Source: Harriotta raleighana
Lineage: Eukaryota
Assembly: GCA_050575255.1 (NCBI GenBank)
Contig: JBNZDD010013721.1
Location: 9,496,357 to 9,560,356, forward strand
Direction: 5' to 3'
Length of the DNA stretch: 64,000 nt
Shown: positions 11,772-22,995 of the stretch, one piece after another
How the letters are laid out: each line of letters starts with the position of its first letter
How positions within the stretch are numbered: position 1 is the first letter of the stretch
Program-made: the position numbers and the translations under genes
The notes under the pieces: generated by a model
Databases searched by the model: none
What the model was told of the DNA's origin: nothing
The model's input: only the letters and a program-made list of their open reading frames with translations

Positions 11772-12549
11772 TTATTCCAACAATAAAGCTCCAACATATC
11801 TGGACACCTGGTTTAGCAATAACCCACCCCCCCACTGCACACACACACATACATATACACACACTGCACCAATCTGAATGTTTCCACTTCTGAGAATATA
11901 GCAACTTGGTTCAAATGGCTCAGTCTCACCTCAGTTAAGACCCTACAGTCAGAAGAGAAGAGTATTTTTATCCCTTCAATCAGGACTGGATGCAACCACA
12001 GGTCCTAGATGTAATGATGTTCTTATTTATAACAGACCCTTCAAGCTTCTTTGCTACCTTGTGAATTCTTTATCATTCCTTCACAACAGCCCCTCCAGAT
12101 CCTTGCTAAGAGCCAGTGTATACCCTAAGGTAGTTAAAGTACGCACTCACACTAACGTGTGACATGACTTTTTGAACTCCAGCAGACTAATTATACCCTG
12201 CACACTCCGCAGCCAATGTGAAAAGAACTACTATCCTGCTGAAGTGACCACTAATGCCTGAAGCATTGAGGATACGTTAAAAAAACAACACGACTGTCCT
12301 TGTGTAGGCGTAGCCAGAGCCTGAGAATTTCAGCATGAAAGNTGCTGAAGTGACCACTAATGCCTGAAGCATTGAGGATACGTTAAAAAAAAACAGGACT
12401 GTCCTTGTGTAGGCGTAGCCAGAGCCTGAGAATTTCAGCATGAAAGACCTTTAAACTTTGTATTGTGTGCCACTGACCACAAATGTGCCACACCACATTG
12501 CAAAGCCTGGGATATCAGACCATTTTAGTTTGGATGCTTCGTAAACAAT

Positions 12550-12830
12550 CCAATTATTCCTGCTCATTATTTATGAGCTGGCGCCTGTTAATTATACAGT
12601 AATTTGAGGAGTGAGCAATAAGAGCCCAAAGCTTTGACCAAACCCCTTCCCTGGCTCTGTTTATTTAAATGACCTTGAATTATCATCTCCACGCAGCTAG
12701 TTGCTTCTCCATAAGGGTTTATGCGATAGTCCAGGAATATGATAATTAACTGAACCGATGAATATAAAATGCTAATAATGGCAGTTAATTATCACTTAAT
12801 AGCCCGCACCACATGCTGCGTTGCGGAATA
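12550..12830. promoter_or_regulatory. Candidate enhancer / conserved non-coding element with a homeodomain-site cluster
   Basis: Repeat-free; three GTTAATTAT motifs, two of them forming a perfect 13-bp inverted repeat (12740-12752 / 12782-12794); TGTTTATTTA forkhead-like site. Confidence 0.4.
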
Positions 12831-12840
12831 TGTTTAATAC

Positions 12841-13132
12841 CAATCAATAGAACAAATGGAACATTGCATCATTGACGGTGAGCTACGGATGGTTTTTCTC
12901 CTCCTCCGAAGGATTGTCGATTCTCTCATCCTCGTGGAAAAGAGCTCTCGTGATTGTGTTCTCTCGGAGCAGTACGGGAGGGATCGTTCTGAACGAATCA
13001 GAGCAGAGTATTCAGAAATATTCCCGGTTCGAAACCGCACAAAATCGGCTCATCTTCTGAAGCTCGGCGACTCTCCACAACTTCAAGTGATGGCTTCAAC
13101 GTCGTTTCTGGTGCTTGTCGTTGTATAGCGTG
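12841..13132. other. CpG-rich island-like block, candidate minus-strand exon
   Basis: About 20 CpG in about 290 bp against a CpG-poor background; bounded by a minus-strand TTTTTGCAG acceptor at 13133. Confidence 0.45.
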
Positions 13133-13422
13133 CTGCAAAAACATTGGTTTAAAAAAGAAAACACCCAATGCAAAAATGTAAGCGATTTTTCCAGAAGTAT
13201 GCACAATTGATAGCTTACCTGCAACAAAACATGGATTCTTCCCACTTGCCTGCTGTCAAGCTTGCAAGCCTTAAACCTCAATGAATAGGAAGCTTGCCAG
13301 AAAGCATTTGTAGTAGTAACCTATGTGGATTTAGCTGGTTAAAGCACCCGAACACACAATGCGACACCAATTTTTTTTTACCAACCTTCATTTCATAGTC
13401 TCCAGGGCATGGTGTGCAATAA

Positions 13423-13565
13423 AATAATAATTATTATATAAATCCTTGCATTTGATATAGCTCTTTATCACATCTTTGATCTAAAAAATGCTTCACAGAA
13501 TATACTATAAAGTGAACAGTGTGTATATTTTGTGAGCGAAATGCAGTGCCACGATCCCCATAAAA
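13423..13565 (-). mobile_element. SINE tail fragment
   Basis: AATCCTTGCATTTGATATAGC...GCTTCACAGAATATACT. Confidence 0.85.
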
Positions 13566-14231
13566 ATGTGACTTTGCTGAAATGTTGTAGCTTTAAAATG
13601 AATGAATATCTTGAAGATGGACCTGACATGATACCACATTATTCAGAAAATGTTGATTGAGGATGGAACAAAGTGGCTGGAATCTTTTGACTTAGAATGA
13701 GTCACAGAAATCAAAATTCCAATCAGCCCAATGAAAAATAATTGGAATATAATGATTTGTAACTGGGCTTGATCCTTGTATTTTAATGAATTGTTGTACA
13801 TAGTGAGCTAAAATGGGAGTATTTCAGATGGGCAAAAGATTTGTAATAATTACATTTTCTATTTAACAAAAATTAATGATTAAATTTCATTTAGATTAAA
13901 ACATCTAAAATGTAATAGCACTTGTTGAACTGACACGTCCTACTGCCAGGCATCTATAGCGGTTACGAGTACCTAGAGAGAAAGAGTTATATGATCACAG
14001 CATGTAGAAACAGGGGAATATTTCTTACATCTGAAGCCATGCTTCTCTCTAAGCCATTGGTTTCCCGAGCCTGCAGTTTCACAAAACAAACAGAAACAGT
14101 CAACACGCAACGACTGTATTTGCTTCTCTACTTAAATTTGAGAGAAATCTAAACGTCAAAAAATGATTTAACAACAATAGCTCACAATTATATAACATCC
14201 GTTATGCAAGTGATATCTCATCATGGGATAT

Positions 14232-14352
14232 TAATAAAAATAATCCTTGCATTTGATATAGTGCTTTAACACATTATTGAGATATCTCAAAGAGCTTCAC
14301 AGAATTTATTGTAAATGCAAAGTGTAGTGACTGTGTATTTTGCATGCAAATG
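14232..14352 (-). mobile_element. SINE tail fragment
   Basis: TAATCCTTGCATTTGATATAGTGC...TCTCAAAGAGCTTCACAGAAT. Confidence 0.85.
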
Positions 14353-15013
14353 CCTACAAAATTATCAAATCAAGAGACTAAGAGACTTACCTCCAATAAT
14401 AGTCAATCATGTAAGAATAGTAACACAGTATACATAGAATAGATTTGTACAATAATAGATGGTCAGAATTTCATAATCCATCAGTTACATGAATTAGGCA
14501 GTTTTCCACTTAATCAGAAGCCTAAGATATCAAACTGTAAGAGACATGCTTGCCATCTGTTGCTTTGAATTTTGATGATGCACTGGGTTCTGTCAAAGAG
14601 TGAAAGAAGTAGATAATAATTTTGTTCCACTTGATGGTGAGGTCTGTGCGCATCCCAGTGTGATAGTACATAATTCATTCTTATTCAATTACATTGGAAT
14701 AAGTTACTCACTCAGCAACATAAATTATAGCTGGGGAGCAAAGTGGATTACGACCTTGACAACGGAGTGAAAAGTTATTACAAGTGCAAAAGGTACTGTT
14801 CTCATTCAACTATTCCTAAAATCAGAATTATCTTAGTTAATCAAACGTTTCCAGATTGGGCAAATTACAAATATCATTCAGAGGTATAAGTGCCAAGCTG
14901 ACAACAACAAACAACAAAAGCGCATTTGTAGAGCGCCTTTCAGGTTATCATGACTACAGTATGAGTAATATTTAATTGTTTAGAACTTAATTGGACTACA
15001 CTTTGGTGTTATT

Positions 15014-15307
15014 ATGCTCGTCCTCACTTTCAAGGCCAAGGCCTTGCCCCCACCTATCTCTCCAGCCTGCCCACACCTTCCGTTCAGCAGACTCAGGCCT
15101 GCTCCGTGTCCATTGCCCTAACCACTCAACCATCGGTGGCCGGGCTTTCAGCCTCTCTTCCCCCACACTATGGAACTCCATCCCGCAGTCCCTCTGCCTT
15201 GCTTCCTCCCTTTCGTCCTTCAATGCCAGTCTCAACACCTTCCTCTTCGACCACTCCTTTGGCTCCCCCACCAACTCTTATATAGTGTAATTTTGTTGTT
15301 GTTGTTG
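15014..15307 (+). mobile_element. L2 LINE ORF2 3' fragment
   Basis: LVLTFKA/GLAPTYL (frameshifted), then QPAHTFRSADSGLLRV...TIGGRAFSLSSPTLWNSIPQSLCLASSLSSFNASLNTFLF; (GTT)n tail. Confidence 0.93.
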
Positions 15308-16522
15308 TATTTTATAATTCAATTGATGTAACTCAATGTCCACACAAAGTTGAAAGTTGATGAAAGCTTCTTGACAGCTGGACTTTGTGCCAGCTTAATG
15401 TCACATTGTTCCTCACAAAATGCCTCAAAGAACATTAAATAAACTGCTAGACTAGTATATGATACATATCACTAACATAATTTATCAGAATTGAGCAGGT
15501 TGCAAAAGAAAAGCTTGTTCAACTCCTGACAAAAAGAATGGTCTACAATCGGAGCTCATCAGACCCATTGATGCTCCTTGAGAATTTGGAAACCAAATCA
15601 TTCTCTCTCTCTCAATATCACTGTATTCTAATGTATTCTTTGCCTCTGATTTTCAGAGTCAGTTTTGTCCCTTTAGGATACAATATTTGTAAGTTGCGCT
15701 TCCCTAACTTTCTTGAAAGGGGGCATTGATTTGTAATCAATTACATTATGCTGAATCATTAATTTTGCAGTTTGAATAATCAGGGTTGAATCCCTTATCC
15801 ATTTCCCTTTCCATTCTGAATAATATCAATTTCATTACATATGTGACTGGAACTTCCACAAATTAAGCAATAAGGTCCAGTGAGATTATAGCAGCTATCC
15901 CTTATGGAGCAGAAATATATTGAAATGTATTTTTAATATGAAATTAAATATATTTCAGTGCATTTCACTTTCACAAGATTTTGCTGACAAGTGTGGGATA
16001 TGGATATTCTGTAAGAATGCAGATTGAAATTAGGTTTTGAGTAATATGAAACTGTAATCTTTGCAAATATGAAAGTATTACCAAAGGAGTTATTTTGTTT
16101 CATGTTTAGCATTTTCAATTCCCTGAATTCAGAAATTCAAGAAGGCACAGTTTGTAGGCACTAAACATTTTATTCACAATGTACTGTACATTATGTTTAT
16201 TATAAGGATATGCAATACAATTTGCAGCAATTGTCATACACTTTAACCTGGTTATCATCTTTTGTCTGTACTGAGCCAGTGTGATTTATCCATGGCTCTG
16301 AGACTAGTGTGGTCGTGATTGTTGCTTCAAGTCTAATTTTGAACCACTCCGTGGGTTTGAATTACAGTATCACTTTTTCCAACTTTTGTTTGGCCAAGTT
16401 TGTTGATCCCATGTCTTCCATTCATGTTTTCCAGGAAAGGTGATAGAGACTTGGCCATGGCCTCATTTTAACAGCAGCTTGATGCTGTGATTATTTTGGG
16501 GGGAGTTGGGGGAGAATGGGAG

Positions 16523-16573
16523 GGTAGGTGTGTGAAAGGATGAGATCAGATGGGCAAAGAACCTTTTTCATCC
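16523..16573 (+). mobile_element. CR1 3'UTR remnant
   Basis: GATGAGATCAGATGGGCAAAGAACCTTTTTCAT is nearly the same as the end of the CR1 at about 33755-33790. Confidence 0.6.
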
Positions 16574-18092
16574 AAACCAATCGAGTGACTTTGGTACATT
16601 TAATTTCCAATGCATCGTGAGTGAGAGAATCGACTCACAGGGCACATTTTAGTGCTTTTTATTCTTCACTCTACCGAAAAAAATCTCACTCAGTCGGGCA
16701 AAATGAAGACCATGGTCACTGTATTTCCCCGATGTAACGTTCACTGCCTAGGAATTAAATAATTGCATTTCAGAGGCTTACACTGAATCTTTTGAGATAC
16801 GAAAAGAGAAGCTGAATGCTGGATTTATATCTAGAAGAGCTTTAGAATGTCCGGGTTAATGAACTGTTAAGCAATCAGAAGAGAAGAAAAAACATGTTAA
16901 TGGTGTGTCAATATAATGTTCCGATGTTAATTAAATGACATTGAGTCAACAAATTAATTCAGAAAAACTGCAAACAAATGGATCAACTGTAAGTACAAGT
17001 TACTCACCAAATATAAATAAGTAAATTGCCAAACACAGGAAGTGCTTAAAGTAAGTAAATCTCCATCAACCCAGGCTCTGAATTGGATGTAATTTATATG
17101 GATATCAGTAGGTGTTTGATCAAGTCTTACCTGTGAGATTTTAAAGAAGGATAATGCTCATAGAATTGATGGCAAATAGGTTAGCTGGATTAGCAGTAGG
17201 AACCGGAGATGATGAAAAATGGGCAAAGTGCTATCTGCGAGTACAGTATATCCATAGGCATCTGATGCAGACTCACTACTGCTTGCACTATTCATAAATA
17301 AATGCCTGAAAGAAGAGAATGTTCTGCGGTGTAAAATTGTCTGGGACCACCAGGTCACGTTAGCAAAACCAATCGCAGCACACATCTGGGTGTGTGTCGT
17401 AGGCTTTGTCAAACTAAGTTGTCATGTTTCAAGCGATTAGGAATATTGGAAGCCATTTGATTTGCCAGATTTTGCAAACCAGCTAATCAGGATTCCCAAG
17501 TGCCAGCCAAGTGTGCACAAGGCCAGTGAGCAAATAAAGCAAAGGAAAGAGATTTAGGAGTGATTAAGGGTCCTTTCTGTGAAGCGTTTGGAGATGTTTT
17601 GATGTGATAACTCCCTGTAAAAATTCTGATTATCTTTTCACTGTAGGTTTTCGGTGAATTTGACTTTGTCAACAACAAAGCTAATCATACAATTTTAAAA
17701 ATACAGTAGAGTAATCTAACAATAATTGCAACAGCAGAAAGACTTGGGTAGGTTGAGGGGAGGGAATTAAAGATTTACACAGTCTGAATCGCAGTCACAA
17801 GGGACTGAGAAGAAGCGCTCTGTAATGTCATTAAAGGGACAGGTGTAAAAATGGCTTTTTAAAAAATATACATATACTGTATATATTTTAAAAATCCCCA
17901 GGCTGGTTCAATGGATCGTATCAAAATTTTAAATTTAAGTTTTGCAAATCTAAAATCTTTTTTAAAAATTGGCTGGAGTGAACCACAATTCGAATGGCAG
18001 TCAGTGAATACATGTTCTTTCAAAAGCCTCCTCCCAGAGCAGTAAATATTAGACTCTTCCACCAAACATTTCCCCCCGAAATAAAAATGATT

Positions 18093-18345
18093 CATAATAA
18101 TCTTTGCACCTTTTATGTCAGGAGGACATTACTGCATTTACTGGAAAGTGTAGTGACTGTATGCTTTGTAGGTGAATTGGACAACCAATTTGCTCACAGG
18201 AATGTCCTGCAAACAGCTAAGAAGTCAATGACCAATTTTATCTAGGAGAGTGTTGGCCAGGACACCAGCAGTTCAAATGGAAAATGCTCTGGTTTCTTCT
18301 CAGAATTGCTGGATTTGGATCGTGTATGACTGTCCCTTCGAAGTA
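18093..18345 (-). mobile_element. Degraded Deu-type SINE
   Basis: ATAATAATCTTTGCA...GTGTAGTGACTGT...CCAATTTGC.CACAG...TTGGCCAGGACACC. Confidence 0.7.
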
Positions 18346-19043
18346 ATGACAGAGCACATATTCTGTGAGTTTTCTATGAGTCTCTCTTCTCTCTTCCATT
18401 GTGCTGGGGTCTGTTTGTGTAGAGGAAACCTCTGATTGTGGTTGAACATTGATATTCTGCCTTTGTGGCAATATTTTGCCTCTCATTCGGTGCTTGTTAG
18501 TTGCATTTGAGAATTTTCCACAACTCGATACAATCTTAAGTATTAAAAGAAAATGAGGGAGAAATTCCATTGGAGTCTCGACGTTATTTACTGTTTTCTT
18601 AGCATTTCAGAGCATCCAGAATTTGCAAATATTTAAATTCAGTTTTAATTTCGAAGATTTGAACACTTGTGTATGTGGGTTTTTTTTAAGAACTGGAGAA
18701 CAACAGTTTCAGAGTCAAGATTAGATTTAACAATTTGCCAGATTCTGGACTCCGTGAAATGCAAAGAAAATTGAGTACATTTTATTCCCAGATGGGATTT
18801 CTCCCCCAATAGTCTTGCAGGCAAAGATAGAAATGAAACTGTGGGCACATAGCCAGGTTCAAGTGTACAATTTCATGATTGCACTGCAATTGAAATATTT
18901 CCATTAGTTTGTTTGCAAGGAAAGAGAATAAATCACCACGAGAAATAGATAGTGTGTTGAGGATCAATCTGTTTTACCAGTAAAGAAGGTTTTTTTTTTA
19001 ATTTGAACGCATTATACTTCTGAAGATGAATCACACTTAGAGA

Positions 19044-19342
19044 TGTCAGCCCAGCTCAGTTGTTAGAGCTCTTGTCTCTGAATAAGAAAGTTGGGGCTTC
19101 AAACCCCACCTCGGGACTTTGGTTAGGTGGATGCAAAAGATCTCTTGGCACTATTTGAAAAGTGGATGGAGTTTCTCCCTGTGCCAGCCGCCAACAATTT
19201 ATTTTGTTGTGCACAAATTAGCTGTCTTGTTCATCCAACAAAGATACATTATACCAGAGCTTACAGTACCTGCTGTGAAGCACCTTGAGGCATTTGGACG
19301 ATGTGATATGAGATTGTATCAAATGCAAGGATTAATATTATT
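19044..19342 (+). mobile_element. Deu-domain SINE (SacSINE1/AmnSINE-like) with tRNA head
   Basis: Head CAGCTCAGTTGTTAGAGCTCTTGTCTCTGA...TTCAAACCCCAC; Deu core AGGTGGATGCAAAAGATCTCTTGGCACTATTTGAA; tail ATCAAATGCAAGGATTA. Confidence 0.8.
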
Positions 19343-20464
19343 ATTTAGGATTTGGTTAAACCAAGTGCAATTGTACCAAATAATAATATTGCATGTCATC
19401 AGCCAATTGACCAATTAGTTTCTACATGTTTCTTTGCAAAAGTAGTAGTTAACTAAGGTAATTAACCATTGACTGTTCAGCACCTTGGGATGTCCCCCAG
19501 AGGTGAAAGGCGCTGTACAAAATGTAATTTTGATGTTGTTGTAATTGTAAAAGAATACAAGATTAACAAAATCAAAGTTTACTTAACCAGTGATGAATTA
19601 AACATGCAAAATTAGTGTTAATTGGCCCCAAAAAAAGTGTTTATAAAGTTCAAAGACATTGTTGTTTGGAAAATTAATTAGGGAAATGCATCACATCAGA
19701 AAGATGTTAGGCTTTAATTCTTCAATCAAACCAATTAGCAACCCTGGGAATGATTTGTGCTTCATACAAGATTGGCATCAAGTGTTCACCAGAAGACATG
19801 GTGACACAGTGCTATGATGAGAGAGAAGCAGATTCAGCCTTTACAAGCAGTTTCCTTTCCTTTAGAAAAATAAAGTTTTACATGCCTTCAAAGTACAGAT
19901 CGGAGGATTGTCAAAGTAACATTGAGAGACACAGTTGGGTGGCCTAATAATTATGATATTGAGTTCCTAGCCAGAAAACATCCCAGTTCAAGTACTTCCC
20001 TTGACGTTTCTAGATCTGTTCAGCAGGGTAGAAGGAAAATTGACGATTTGATCACCAGGCGACATTGACACATCAAGATATGTGGGCTGGACTTTTCCAT
20101 TTTGTCTGACATGAATGTATCTGCCCAAAAAGAGAGTGTGACACTGTTGAAAGGGGGAAGAAAAGCCCTACGGGATAAGACAAAGAGATGTAACATGATT
20201 TGATGTCTCAAAAGGAAAAGATACACTTAGAATGGTAATGTGAATGAGTAAAGTAGCACAGAACAAAGTTGGGAAATGAATGTCTCAGCTAAATTTCAAA
20301 AGACAATGCATTCAAGGGAGCTGAGACTGAATGTAAAAAAAGAGAAACAAGTAAGTTACGTCCTCCAATATTTAAAGGAGAATTCTATCAACTGGAAGTA
20401 TATTACAGTACTAAGCATTACTTTTTAATTTCGTTAAATGGAACTTAATGATATAAGTAATACG

Positions 20465-20805
20465 ATAATAATAATCATTGGATTTGATATAGCGCTTTTC
20501 ACATCTTCCAGATGTCTCAAAGCGCTTCACTGAATATATTGGAAAGCGAATTGACTATATACAGTAAAACCTCGTTCATCCGTGACCTGAGCAACCGTAA
20601 CCCGATTCAATTGCTCGACTCCCTCCCGGGACAATTCCCCATTCCAGAATCGCAGAGTCAATTAGTCGAGCCTCCCCCCCCCCCCCCACCCCAAGCATGC
20701 CAGATAAACGAGGTCTTACTGTATCTGTGCCAAAATGCCCCAGCCAATTGCTCACAAACAATATCCCACAAATAGTTATGGATTGAAGGGACCAATTTAT
20801 TATTG
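20465..20805 (-). mobile_element. SINE 3' half interrupted by a MITE
   Basis: SINE sequence resumes co-linearly after the 20562-20721 insert. Confidence 0.88.
20562..20721. mobile_element. MITE of the Tc1/mariner-pogo (Tigger-like) type, 160 bp
   Basis: TIRs CAGTAAAACCTCGTTCATCCG / CAGATAAACGAGGTCTTACTG, flanked by TA on both sides. Confidence 0.9.
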
Positions 20806-22867
20806 ACATGAATACATTTGGTCTTTAAATACATTTAATTTCCACATCTCAGATCTATTAGGCAATTTTAAAAATTAATAGTAAACTTCCTTTTTTTAAT
20901 TGGCTTCAGTTACAGTTGCCTTTAATTGTGATGAACTCAACATTGATTATTTAAAGCATATTATGAACCATTTCTTCTAATGCAATAACTATTATACAAT
21001 TTTATTAGGTAAGAATTAGTCTTATTGTAATGAATTCTATAATGTATAATGCTGTATTGGATAGAAAACATGTACTTGATGATTAATTAATACTGTACAT
21101 TTGAAAGTGGTGTTCATCACATATGGAGATTTAACTGCATTCTATTTTAATCTTTCCGTAATCTTGATGTGTCATAGTTCACCATGTTTTATTCATGTTA
21201 ATTTTTGTAATCTCAATAATGGTAAGTTGCATTCATTTTTATGAATTCTGTTCAGGGAGCAGCATCCATGAGGGGGAATGAATTGTAACCATGTTCCAGT
21301 TTTATACAAAAAGTACAGAATAACGTTCGAATATTTAAATTGCTACAATAGGGACATGATTCATACTCTCTTCTCCATCTAATGTAATGTCTTTCCAGTT
21401 CATGACTTTTCCCAAAACAGTTTCAGTCCAGACGAGAAACCATTTGCAATGCTTGTCTGATTACTAATGATGTAATTTACTTTGAAGCCCAGAGGCAAAT
21501 ACAGATAAAGAAAATATCAAATTTAGATTGTAAGTGGTTTGATACAGGACATTACAACTACTTTGTTGTATTGTATTGTGAGTGATGCCAACCACTGTAC
21601 CTAATTAGAAAGGTCCCTAGTTATGCGAGATCATCATATGCAGGAATACTTAAACCTCAAACTACATTGAACTAAGTTGCATTCAAGCCTCATATAGCAC
21701 TGCCAATAGATGTGTCTGCTGTACATCGTTAGCTAAAAGGTTATACAACAGAACCCGGCTGTGGACATTTTTTTTGTGTGAGGGCCAAAAAAGTTGCTGT
21801 GAAATAAATAATGCATTTCTACACTTTATAGCCCATAACAGATAAGCTACCTGCAGTGAACTGAGCACAATGACCCCAAAGCACCTCATTCTTGGATAAT
21901 AAAGGTCTTTGTTTACAAAATGTTTACTGATCCGCTGCAACAGTTTTCAGCAACTATTCCGCAGTCCAGTGAATTTTCAATTAACATGTGTCGCGTGCAC
22001 ACAATTCCACCTGGTAAGAGCAATGTGCATTGAAATTTAGCATTGCATGGCACAGAGTTGCAGGATATTCATAATTTCCTTAATTTGGAACCTTATTTTC
22101 TGTTGTGCTACCTGATCAAATGGTCTTACAGGCTAAGAGTAGGTGGAATTGGCGGTTGAAATATTTTGACATCTACAGTCCAATTGGCTGTTTCGCAGGC
22201 GTTTTGAATATTTACCCACAGTGAGAGATGTGCCCCGAGAATGTCTTGCACTTATGATAGCTTTGAAATCTATGTCTGATTCAGGAATTTACAGCTCAGT
22301 TAGTCAGGTTGATAAAGACACCACCAGTGCAAAGGTAAGCTGTACAGATTGCGATCGCTAACTGTGGTGAGGTATCAATAGATGCAGCATTACCATTTGA
22401 CTTTAGTATTTAAATGGAAAATCAGTCAGGATCCCCTCTCCTAACTGCTACCAGAAACATCTCTTTGAAGACGCAAGTCTGTGTGGACATCACCCGTGAA
22501 CAGCAGCAGATTTGTGCTCGGTTGAAATATCCCTAACATTGACAAGTTACCCACAACTCACTGTCAAGGCTCGTAGGTAAAGAGTTGATACCTGGGTGAA
22601 ATCGTATTTGTGTGATCAGCACCTGTGAAACGCTGACCCAGTAGATGTGAAAATGAGTCAAAGCAGTTTGAGGAGTGCAGACAGCCAATGGAGAATAATG
22701 CAGGAGCAAAGTTGTCAGGACAAAAATAAAGTGCGCAGATAAAATAACTAGATTCATCAATACAATCCTATTTCAGGCCATAATTCTCTGAAGCCTGTGG
22801 TTGATCAACTATCTGAACGCTTAAATGAGTCTTTTACTCTCTAGATAAGATGCGTTCACTTTGCTAT

Positions 22868-22995
22868 CTGTGCTGCACACACAATTTCACCCACAGTCAA
22901 TTTGCTTTACAATATAATCAGTGAAGCGATTTGAGACGTCTTGAAGACTTAAGAAGTGCTAGATCAAATGTAAGGATTATTGTTATTATAATTAT
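22868..22995 (+). mobile_element. SINE tail fragment
   Basis: CAGTCAATT...GTGAAGCGATTTGAGACGTC...ATCAAATGTAAGGATTATT. Confidence 0.85.
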
